In this document: in pieces, positions 9,008 to 16,864 of the stretch
Layout of the letters: every line of letters begins with the position of its first letter
Numbering within the stretch: the first letter of the stretch is position 1
Source of the DNA: Nanobdellota archaeon
GTDB lineage: Archaea > Nanobdellota > Nanobdellia > Pacearchaeales > GW2011-AR1
Reading direction: 5' to 3'
Assembly: GCA_038044405.1 (NCBI GenBank)
Contig: JBBTAC010000002.1
Location: 58,547-122,546, forward strand
Length of the DNA stretch: 64,000 nucleotides
Notes under the pieces: generated by a model
Databases searched by the model: none
The model's input: the letters and a program-made list of their open reading frames with translations, nothing else
What the model was told of the DNA's origin: nothing
Translations under genes and position numbers: made by a program

Positions 9008-9151
9008 TCAAAATAAATCACTGCACGATCTAAAATAATTGCATCTCTCGCATTTAATCTTACACCCTCTTTCTATCATTCTGTTCCCACATGCTTCACA
9101 TATTTGATAATTATCTTCTTCTTTCTGTAAATCGATGAATGCTTTTTCCAT
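9008..9151 (-). CDS. 47-aa small zinc-finger protein (HVO_2523-like CxxCG type; not in ORF track)
   Basis: MEKAFIDLQKEEDNYQICEACGNRMIERGCKIKCERCNYFRSCSDLF; TAATG coupling to upstream hydrolase. Confidence 0.75.
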   Translation of the reverse strand: MEKAFIDLQKEEDNYQICEACGNRMIERGCKIKCERCNYFRSCSDLF

Positions 9152-9687
9152 TATATAAAATCACTTATTCTATGTTTAAATTCTAAATATATTAGCCAGA
9201 TAATTAATAATAAGCCATCAAGCATAGGCAAGGCCATCCATTGCAATTCTTTAGGTAAATAAGTTATAATATCCATTCCCAAAGTAGAATTATTTAATGG
9301 CCAAAATGGCATTATAAGCTCGCCAAAAATCGCATCCAATATAAGATGCGTAAAACTACCAAATGCCATCATTAAGAAAATCAGATTCAATTTAAGTTTG
9401 TGTCTGCCAATTCCAGAGAGATTTAATTTTTTAAATATGATAAAAAATAAGAAGAATAAAATAGGTATTAACAGAGAATGTAAAACTGTTTTATGAACTT
9501 GCTCAAATGTAAATCCAAAGAAATACAAAACCCAGAAAGCAGCAATATCTAAATCAGGAATTACTCCAGAAATTCCAGCAATTAGGACATAACGCAATGA
9601 AAATTTTTTCTTATTTTTAAAATAGAAATCTCTAATCAAAGCCATCAATATCAATGGCACTAAAATATGGGTTACTGCAAGTGGCAT
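9151..9687 (-). CDS. Membrane metal-dependent hydrolase (YdjM-like)
   Basis: TH...PDLD...H...HSL...HLILD...PFWP motif series. Confidence 0.85.
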   Translation of the reverse strand: MPLAVTHILVPLILMALIRDFYFKNKKKFSLRYVLIAGISGVIPDLDIAAFWVLYFFGFTFEQVHKTVLHSLLIPILFFLFFIIFKKLNLSGIGRHKLKLNLIFLMMAFGSFTHLILDAIFGELIMPFWPLNNSTLGMDIITYLPKELQWMALPMLDGLLLIIWLIYLEFKHRISDFI

Positions 9688-9689
9688 TT

Positions 9690-10103
9690 TTACTCTTTTC
9701 CTATTATTTTCTTAATAGTTATCAAAAATCCTTCAACTATTTTTATTTCCTTTATTGTTTTGTAAAGTTCTTTTTCACTTATATCTTCATAAAAATGTGC
9801 AAAAATATTCCTTTTCTTTACTAAGTTATTAAGCTCGCCTGCTTGATTCTTATTAATAATATTTCCTTTAGCTAGTAAAATCATAATATCTTGATAAGTA
9901 TTAGGTGCCCCTAATTTTTCAGCAGAAATCATCTCACTGCCTAAGTCAATTAATTTATTCAAAATTGCAAAGATTAACATAGACGACGCATGATAATTCT
10001 TACTTTCGTATAAGTCATTTAATGCTAAATTATAGTTATCAAGTTCTTTAATATGTTTCTCTATATCTGCAATAATTTTTCCTATTCTTTGGATATCATA
10101 CAT
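9690..10103 (-). CDS. HEPN (DUF86/HepT-like) RNase toxin
   Basis: RNIFAH (RX4H) motif; downstream of MNT gene. Confidence 0.85.
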   Translation of the reverse strand: MYDIQRIGKIIADIEKHIKELDNYNLALNDLYESKNYHASSMLIFAILNKLIDLGSEMISAEKLGAPNTYQDIMILLAKGNIINKNQAGELNNLVKKRNIFAHFYEDISEKELYKTIKEIKIVEGFLITIKKIIGKE

Positions 10104-10467
10104 TTTTTATCACCCTTTTGTAAAAACGATTAATAAAATAAGAATAATCTAGATATTTTCTAAAGACATCAACTTTTATGTCATAAAGATATCTCTCATC
10201 TCTACAGAACATAATTTTGCCTTCTTTTAAAATTCTAAATTGAATAATTAAGGGCAATTTTGAAAAAATAGAGATATCTATTTTAGGACTTGAATATCCT
10301 ATTACATCTAAGATTTGTTTTTCAGAAGCATCCTTTATTAAAATAGCAATATCTATATCAGAATCTTTCCTAGCCTTTCCATTTATTTGACTTCCAAATA
10401 AGAAAATACATGAAACATACTTCAATTTTTTTATCTTATTAATTATATCTTTTGTTATATTATCCAT
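10096..10467 (-). CDS. Minimal nucleotidyltransferase (MntA-like) antitoxin
   Basis: LFGSQINGKARKDSDIDIA (GSX10DXD). Confidence 0.88.
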   Translation of the reverse strand: MDNITKDIINKIKKLKYVSCIFLFGSQINGKARKDSDIDIAILIKDASEKQILDVIGYSSPKIDISIFSKLPLIIQFRILKEGKIMFCRDERYLYDIKVDVFRKYLDYSYFINRFYKRVIKNV

Positions 10468-10509
10468 ATTAATTGATATTTTCTATACTTAAAAAAGTTG
10501 CTTTTTTAT

Positions 10510-11397
10510 CTATATTCTAATTCCAAACTTATCAAACAAAAGGGCTGTTCTTCTATTAGGATCCCATTTTAATAATTTATTTGCAGCTATTAAAATAGCT
10601 AAATCAACAAAATGATCTGCTGCCCCTATTTTTGACATATATTTTTTATGTCCTAGATTTTCTTCACGATTAGCCAAATATCCTTCTTTCAATGCATTTA
10701 TCAATCTTTCAGGGTTGTCTCTAAATTGTTTATAATCATCAGGCATTTTTATATTTGAGTAATTTCTGCCCAATTCATAAATTGAATGTCCATCATCAGA
10801 TACAAATTCTGTTAAATCAGGATTAATATCATCAGCCATTATTTTCTTAAAAAAAAGCCACGCCTCCATATTTGCATTCTTATACTTTTTAGTATCAATA
10901 GCTATTCCATTGTATGTTTCCATCAAATCAAATCTTTTAGTATAATCGGGATGAGATAAAAGAAAATTTCCGACTCCATGCTTATGAAAAGGATGATCTG
11001 CCGCTATTATCGCATTAAAAGCGTCTCCTTGATCTAGAACATCTTCTAAAGAAGCGCCATTCGCTATATTTTCGTCTTCGCAAGTTCCAACAAGTAAAAT
11101 ATGATATCCTTCTTTTGTTGGAACTTCTTGTCCTCTAACTGCCAAAATATCAGGCTCTTCAAGATAAACTCCATTTCCCGTATGTATTTTGTCGTATCTT
11201 AAATTTTTAACAAATAAATCCCATCTAGGATCAACTTCTTCTGTAGACGGATTAAAATTAATAACTCCAAAAATTCCTCCACGTCCAAGTCTTTTTGCAG
11301 CCATTTTCACAGCTTTATTTGCAGTCTCTGCAGTAATATGACTACTTGTTCTTAAGTGATTATGTGGTGTTGATTTTACAACTCTAAATCCATCCAT
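10510..11397 (-). CDS. PHP-family metal-dependent phosphoesterase-like protein
   Basis: HNH, GQEV..HIL, DHPF, ETYNG, SDDGH metal-ligand pattern. Confidence 0.7.
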   Translation of the reverse strand: MDGFRVVKSTPHNHLRTSSHITAETANKAVKMAAKRLGRGGIFGVINFNPSTEEVDPRWDLFVKNLRYDKIHTGNGVYLEEPDILAVRGQEVPTKEGYHILLVGTCEDENIANGASLEDVLDQGDAFNAIIAADHPFHKHGVGNFLLSHPDYTKRFDLMETYNGIAIDTKKYKNANMEAWLFFKKIMADDINPDLTEFVSDDGHSIYELGRNYSNIKMPDDYKQFRDNPERLINALKEGYLANREENLGHKKYMSKIGAADHFVDLAILIAANKLLKWDPNRRTALLFDKFGIRI

Positions 11398-11441
11398 AGA
11401 TTTTTGCCCTATTATAACTATTTAAAGATTTATATAAACTC

Positions 11442-11819
11442 TCATTTAACAAACTCCACATTTTCCAAATTTCTGAATTCCTTATCGCCCGTAAGAAATT
11501 TCATATTATGCCTCTTTGCATAAATATATCCTATACAATCCGTGTAAGACATATCTTGTTTTTTATACTTTTTTCTGAATTGGATAGCTTCTTTCAAGGT
11601 ATCATCATCAATTTCCACAACCGCGTCTTTATATTTATTGTATATTTCGTTTAGTTCGTTTTCATTAAAATTATCTAGACAAGACCAATAGATTTCAGCC
11701 AAATTAAAAATAGTTATTGTAACTCCATTATCTTTATATTTTTCGTAAGAAGGATTTTCCTTTAATATCTCTATAATTGCATAACTATCAAAAAAATATT
11801 CTATTTCTGACCCCTCCAT
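11442..11819 (-). CDS. vapC: PIN-domain toxin (VapC-like)
   Basis: FFDSYAIIE...NLAEIY...SYTDCIG...LTGDKEF. Confidence 0.88.
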   Translation of the reverse strand: MEGSEIEYFFDSYAIIEILKENPSYEKYKDNGVTITIFNLAEIYWSCLDNFNENELNEIYNKYKDAVVEIDDDTLKEAIQFRKKYKKQDMSYTDCIGYIYAKRHNMKFLTGDKEFRNLENVEFVK

Positions 11820-12064
11820 TTTTCCTCCCTTTCTCTATCAGATTTACTAAGCCATCCTCCGCGCAATTCATCTTTAATTTCTTGAGCAGATTTTTTAAAT
11901 CTTCCTTTCCCAAAACCCCAAAGGACACCCGCTTTTGGCTTTTTCTTTTCTACTTTAATAATTATCTCTTCATCTTCCTTAATTCTTTGCTTTTCAATAA
12001 TTTCCCGAGGTATAACTATTGCAATAGAATTTCCCCATTTTCTGGTAATAGCTTTAACTTCCAT
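11801..12064 (-). CDS. AbrB/MazE-type antitoxin (VapB-like); start reassigned to MEVKA
   Basis: RKWGNSIAIVIP swapped-hairpin motif; overlaps PIN gene. Confidence 0.85.
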   Translation of the reverse strand: MEVKAITRKWGNSIAIVIPREIIEKQRIKEDEEIIIKVEKKKPKAGVLWGFGKGRFKKSAQEIKDELRGGWLSKSDREREEKWRGQK

Positions 12065-12098
12065 AGAATTAATGAGACACAATGATATTTAAACTTTC

Positions 12099-12623
12099 CT
12101 AAACAACAATCCCTCTCACAACATATCCAACAACGAACGCAATCAATGCAGCAAGTGTACCTACAATAAAAGTCTCAATTGCAGAATGAACTTTTTCTTT
12201 ACCAACAACTTCTCCTTTTACACTACCTATTACTAAAAAAGAAATTCCAGTTAATATCATGGAATAAATAAATTTATGATTATCTATAAACGGAGCAAAT
12301 AATGCGATTACAAAAGATATCAAAGGAATAAGCCCTACAATTACAAAAGCAAAAAATGTTACAAATGCTGCTTTTCTAGGATTTTTAAAATGTTTATGTC
12401 TATAACTTTTTTGAATTTGATTTTCAGACTTTATGGATAAATAGTCCGACATAGCCATAGAAAAGCCGTCTGCAAATAAATTTGCAAATCCAAGAATCAA
12501 AATAATAAGAGGGCTTAAAGAAGCACCCATTGCTCCTGCAACAACCGCAAATGTAGTGACAGCCCCATCAATCGCCCCAAATACAAATTCAGGAAGATAT
12601 TTCCTTTCAGTGCTCTTTTTCAT
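12099..12623 (-). CDS. VIT1/CCC1 family Fe/Mn transporter
   Basis: VFGAIDGAVTTFAVVAG, ANLFADGFSMA. Confidence 0.9.
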   Translation of the reverse strand: MKKSTERKYLPEFVFGAIDGAVTTFAVVAGAMGASLSPLIILILGFANLFADGFSMAMSDYLSIKSENQIQKSYRHKHFKNPRKAAFVTFFAFVIVGLIPLISFVIALFAPFIDNHKFIYSMILTGISFLVIGSVKGEVVGKEKVHSAIETFIVGTLAALIAFVVGYVVRGIVV

Positions 12624-12731
12624 AAATCAACAAGTTAATTTTAATTAATAAATCTATTCTGTTTCAATATTATCAATGACCTTTAAAGGCCCTTGGCATA
12701 ATTTTAAAAAGCTAGAAATTTATCACTTTAA

Positions 12732-14519
12732 ATGGAAGAAAAAAACCATACAACTCTAAGCAGTTATGTAACTGGAGCTGGAATAGAGCCGGATAAATCT
12801 CCTAAAAAATTAATTGATAACAATGAAGATTTTGACAAATTACGCGATAAGCTGAATTCTTTTAAAAAAGGGTTATTAAAAAAATTTCCATTTGTTCGTT
12901 CTCTTGGATTAATTCCAATAAAAGCATTTCCTTTATTTGAAGAAGAAGAAATACCTCAAGAATTTCAGAAAGAAGTAAAGGAAAAAAAACCACTTCATCT
13001 TATTATGATAATTCCTGAAGAAGAATATAAAAATTTAGCAAAAATAAAACCTGAAGTTGTAAAATTAGCAAAAGAATCTGGAGAGAAATTATGGGTTCAT
13101 ATAAAAACAGAAGTTGACCTATGGAATTACGGTTTAGACAGTAAGTTCAATTTTGTAGATGCTATATCTGCATGTATGCCTCTGCACGATTCTGGTTTTC
13201 TAGGCGCTTTAAGAGTTGCAAATATTCACAAATCTTTAGTTTTAGGAAGATTTGATAGATACATAGCCAGTTATGTAATCGCAGGAAGTCTTGTAAGAGG
13301 AAAAGCAGATCCAACTTCAGATATAGATGTCTTCATTGTTATAGATGATACAGATGTTAAAAGAATGTCCAGAATAGAGCTATTAGAAAGATTAAGATCA
13401 ATAATATACGAGCAAATTAGAGAAGCAAATGCCTTAGCAGGTGTTAAGAATAGATTAGAACCTCAAGTTTATTTATTAACTGATTTCTGGAATGGAGTAA
13501 AAGATGCAAATCCTGTCTTTTTCACTTTCATTAGAGATGGTATACCTTTGTATGATAGAGGAACTTTCCTCCCATGGAAAAGATTATTGCTCATGGGCAG
13601 AATAAAGCCAAGCCCAGAGGCAATTGATCAATACATGAAAGAGGGAGATAAAACAAACGATTTTGTTAAAAGAAGGTTGATGGACACAATGATAGACATT
13701 TATTATGGTGTTGTTACGCCAACTCAAGCGTTAATGATGCTTGCAGGTCACGCACCCCCTGTACCAAAAACAATTGTTTCAGAAGTAAAGGAAGTTTTAG
13801 TTGACAAAGAAAAAGTTATGGATGAAGCAGAGCTGAAAACATTAGAAAAATTAGTCAGGTACTTCAAAGATTATGAGCACGGAAAATTAAAAGAAATTTC
13901 AGGCAAGGAGATTGACGAGTTAAAGAAAGAAGCAGAAGTTTATAGAGAAAAAATGAAAAAAATAAGAGAAAAATTAGAAATTAGAATGCAAGAGCATCTT
14001 ATTGAAAAATTGCATTCTGAAGCAGAAAAAGTCTTAAAAAATATACTGGGAAATAAAAGTCAAGAAGCTCTAATTAGCGATTTAGATAATTTAGTAAAAA
14101 AAGGAAAATTACAGCCAAGAATGTCAGACATAGCAAAAGAAGTATTGAAAATAAAACGAAAAGTAGCTAACAAAAAACTTACGCAAACAGAATTACAAAG
14201 AATAGATAGGGACGCTAATGATTTAATTAATGCCCTAGTAGAATATACTCAAAGGAAAGATCTTGTTTCTGCAGAAAAGGGAATTGTGCAGATTTTATAT
14301 AATAACAAGAAAGGAGAAATTGTCTTGACAGATTCAGGCATATTTTTAATATCAGAAAACGAGATAAAGAAATTATCAAACAAGCAGTTAATTAATTCTG
14401 ACAAGAAAGAATTAGAAGAAGCGCTAGCAAAAACACATAATAAATTACAGACAAAATTAAGTTCAGAAGTTTTATTTATTTTAAAGAAAGAACTCGGTGA
14501 GTTTGAATTAGTTTTATAA
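12732..14519 (+). CDS. Large nucleotidyltransferase-domain protein (degenerate NTase repeat + NTase + HEPN-like + helical tail)
   Basis: AGSLVRGKADPTSDIDVFIVIDD; similarity to 22590-23462. Confidence 0.75.
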   Translation: MEEKNHTTLSSYVTGAGIEPDKSPKKLIDNNEDFDKLRDKLNSFKKGLLKKFPFVRSLGLIPIKAFPLFEEEEIPQEFQKEVKEKKPLHLIMIIPEEEYKNLAKIKPEVVKLAKESGEKLWVHIKTEVDLWNYGLDSKFNFVDAISACMPLHDSGFLGALRVANIHKSLVLGRFDRYIASYVIAGSLVRGKADPTSDIDVFIVIDDTDVKRMSRIELLERLRSIIYEQIREANALAGVKNRLEPQVYLLTDFWNGVKDANPVFFTFIRDGIPLYDRGTFLPWKRLLLMGRIKPSPEAIDQYMKEGDKTNDFVKRRLMDTMIDIYYGVVTPTQALMMLAGHAPPVPKTIVSEVKEVLVDKEKVMDEAELKTLEKLVRYFKDYEHGKLKEISGKEIDELKKEAEVYREKMKKIREKLEIRMQEHLIEKLHSEAEKVLKNILGNKSQEALISDLDNLVKKGKLQPRMSDIAKEVLKIKRKVANKKLTQTELQRIDRDANDLINALVEYTQRKDLVSAEKGIVQILYNNKKGEIVLTDSGIFLISENEIKKLSNKQLINSDKKELEEALAKTHNKLQTKLSSEVLFILKKELGEFELVL

Positions 14520-14647
14520 TGTCAAGATGTTTTTTACTTTTCGTTGCATCTTGAGCACAAGAAATTTTCTAAAAATTGAAAATTTCTGTGCAGCAAAATC
14601 CATAAAAGATTTTGCTTGCATCCAAAAGTCTTAAAAGACTTTTTGAT
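14520..14647 (+). repeat. Four-hairpin dispersed repeat, copy A
   Basis: 70/73 nt identical to the reverse complement of 32748-32820; four consecutive inverted repeats. Confidence 0.9.
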
Positions 14648-14663
14648 TTTATTTCTTTTTAGC

Positions 14664-15119
14664 TTAAATTCCCATCTTTATTTTAGAAGCCCAATACATT
14701 CTTTCTTCATTATTTCTATTTTGTATTCTATCTTTGACAGGCTCCCATTCTCTTTCTAAAATATATTCCATTAAGCTTTCAGGAGTAGAGGCATGCTCTC
14801 TAAATACATTATCAAGATATTTTTCAAAACTTGGAAATTCTTGACGTTCTTGATCTGATCTTCTAGATTCATAGAATCGTACATTTAATCTTTTGTTTAT
14901 AGCATCAACAGGACTATCTTTTGGATATTTAGCAGTCCATTCAGATAAATAGTCAATTAAATTATAACGTTGTATTCTTGTATACAAAGAGGATATTCTT
15001 CTAAGATTAGAAGTTATAATTCCGCTTGCATGATCTTTAGAACTGTCTGTCAAGATAAAATTAGGACTTTTTCCGTTATTAAATAAATCATTCAATTTAC
15101 CTAGTTTTTTATTGGCCAT
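14664..15119 (-). CDS. Hypothetical protein
   Basis: Clean 151-aa ORF. Confidence 0.6.
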   Translation of the reverse strand: MANKKLGKLNDLFNNGKSPNFILTDSSKDHASGIITSNLRRISSLYTRIQRYNLIDYLSEWTAKYPKDSPVDAINKRLNVRFYESRRSDQERQEFPSFEKYLDNVFREHASTPESLMEYILEREWEPVKDRIQNRNNEERMYWASKIKMGI

Positions 15120-15205
15120 GTTTAATATTTATTTTTAGAGTATTAAAAGTTAATTGTAGTTTTTAAAGTGGCAACCTTTAAAAAGCTTCATTTTCTCTCC
15201 CATTT

Positions 15206-15478
15206 ATGAAAGGAATAGTAGTTCAGTTTAGACGTGGAAGACATGTTGTCCATGAAAAGCATTTTCTGTTAGACTTAGGCATGACTAGCAGAGAAGAGGC
15301 AAAAAAACTAACTGGAAAAGAAGTTGTATGGAAAAGTCCAGCAGGCAAGATCATAAAAGGAAAAATATCAGATGCGCATGGAAATAAAGGATTAGTAAGG
15401 GCAATATTTGAACGAGGATTACCAGGACAGTCTATTACAACAGAAGTAGAATTGATAGATTCAAAGGAGAAAAAGTAA
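15206..15478 (+). CDS. rpl35ae: 50S ribosomal protein L35Ae (eL33)
   Basis: GKEVVWKSP...GKISDAHGNKGLVRAIFERGLPGQ. Confidence 0.92.
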   Translation: MKGIVVQFRRGRHVVHEKHFLLDLGMTSREEAKKLTGKEVVWKSPAGKIIKGKISDAHGNKGLVRAIFERGLPGQSITTEVELIDSKEKK

Positions 15479-16036
15479 ATGGCACTAAGAAAAGCATTAT
15501 CATATTCAAAAAAGAAAGCTCGCCCATTTACTAGAAAAGCAAAAATAACACAAAAGGCATATATTAAAGCAGTTCCGCCAATAAAGATTGTAAAATTCCA
15601 TATGGGGGATATGAAAGCGTATGAATCAGGTAAACATCATTTTGCAGTAAGATTAATTGCAGATGAAAGCGTAATGATTAGAGATAATGCTCTTGAATCA
15701 GCAAGAATGGTAATCGGCAAAATAATGGAAGAGGGTGCTATGGGGCAATATTATTTTGCAGTTAAAGTTTATCCGCATCATATTCTAAGAGAAAATAAAG
15801 GCGGGGGCGGAGGAATGGCAGGAGCAGACAGAGTTTCTAGCGGAATGAGCCATTCATTCGGTATAAATATTGGCAGAGCAGCAATCGTAAATGAGGGAAA
15901 AGAAGTTTTCTTTATCTCATGTGAAAATGAAAAAACAGCTCGAATTGCAAGAGACGCATTAATACAGGTAAAATCAAAAGTCCCATGCAGAGCAAAAGTT
16001 TTGTTTGAAAAATTGGAAAAGCCAATAACAAATTAA
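15479..16036 (+). CDS. rpl10e: 50S ribosomal protein L10e (uL16)
   Basis: IRDNALESAR, YPHHILRENK, AGADRVSSGMSHSFG. Confidence 0.93.
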   Translation: MALRKALSYSKKKARPFTRKAKITQKAYIKAVPPIKIVKFHMGDMKAYESGKHHFAVRLIADESVMIRDNALESARMVIGKIMEEGAMGQYYFAVKVYPHHILRENKGGGGGMAGADRVSSGMSHSFGINIGRAAIVNEGKEVFFISCENEKTARIARDALIQVKSKVPCRAKVLFEKLEKPITN

Positions 16037-16073
16037 TAGATAATTTTTTAAACTTATATATCTTATATAAAAT

Positions 16074-16292
16074 ATGGAAAACTTAAATGTAAAAGCAGAA
16101 GATTTGAGAAAATTAATGAGGGATGTAGCACAAATCAAAGAGATACTTATAGCTAAAAAAGAAGAAAATGAAATGGAAGAAATAGAATTAACAGAATGGG
16201 CAAAAAATGAATTAGAAGAAGCTAGAAAACGCCCAGAAAAAGAATATATTTCATTAGAAGATGTTAAAAAAAGAGTCTTATCTAAAAGATGA
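16074..16292 (+). CDS. Putative antitoxin (RelB/DUF2683-like)
   Basis: Acidic, ends EYISLEDVKK; ATGA overlap with RelE-like gene. Confidence 0.7.
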   Translation: MENLNVKAEDLRKLMRDVAQIKEILIAKKEENEMEEIELTEWAKNELEEARKRPEKEYISLEDVKKRVLSKR

Positions 16293-16540
16293 GTTATTCA
16301 GCGAAAATAGATAAGAACGCGCAAGATTTTCTTGATAAGCTTCCTCAAAATATCGCCTTAAGAATTATTAATAAATTAGAGCAAATTAAAGAAAATCCAT
16401 TTCATTTTCTAGAACATTATGAAGGAGAATATTATAAGTTAAGAATTGGAGATTATAGAGCATTAATAGATATCGATTTTCAAAGAAAAATAATTTTTGT
16501 TAGAATAATAGATAAGAAAGGAAGGATTTACAAGAGATAG
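16289..16540 (+). CDS. relE: RelE/ParE family toxin
   Basis: YKLRIGDYRALI...KGRIYK. Confidence 0.88.
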   Translation: MSYSAKIDKNAQDFLDKLPQNIALRIINKLEQIKENPFHFLEHYEGEYYKLRIGDYRALIDIDFQRKIIFVRIIDKKGRIYKR

Positions 16541-16609
16541 TTTGAATTATTCAGCAAATAATAAATTTTAGATATAAATATTTATAAAGTTGATAATATA
16601 TTAAATAAT

Positions 16610-16825
16610 ATGTCTAATTTAAAAAGAGATCCTGATTATCAGGCATTAATAAATGGTTACCGCAGACAATTATCAGCATTAGCAGAAACAGAACTTATGC
16701 TAGGATTGTACAACCCACATCACACTATGAATAAGGACAGGGCTGTAAATATTTTTGATAATTTTCTTGATAATTTAGAAAGACAATCTATAAAAGAAAG
16801 AGAACTAGAATTACTTGTTAAATGA
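16610..16825 (+). CDS. Hypothetical protein
   Basis: 71-aa ORF with upstream TTTATAAA box. Confidence 0.5.
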   Translation: MSNLKRDPDYQALINGYRRQLSALAETELMLGLYNPHHTMNKDRAVNIFDNFLDNLERQSIKERELELLVK

Positions 16826-16864
16826 TAGAGTAATATTTATTAACTCACACTTCTAATTTATTTG

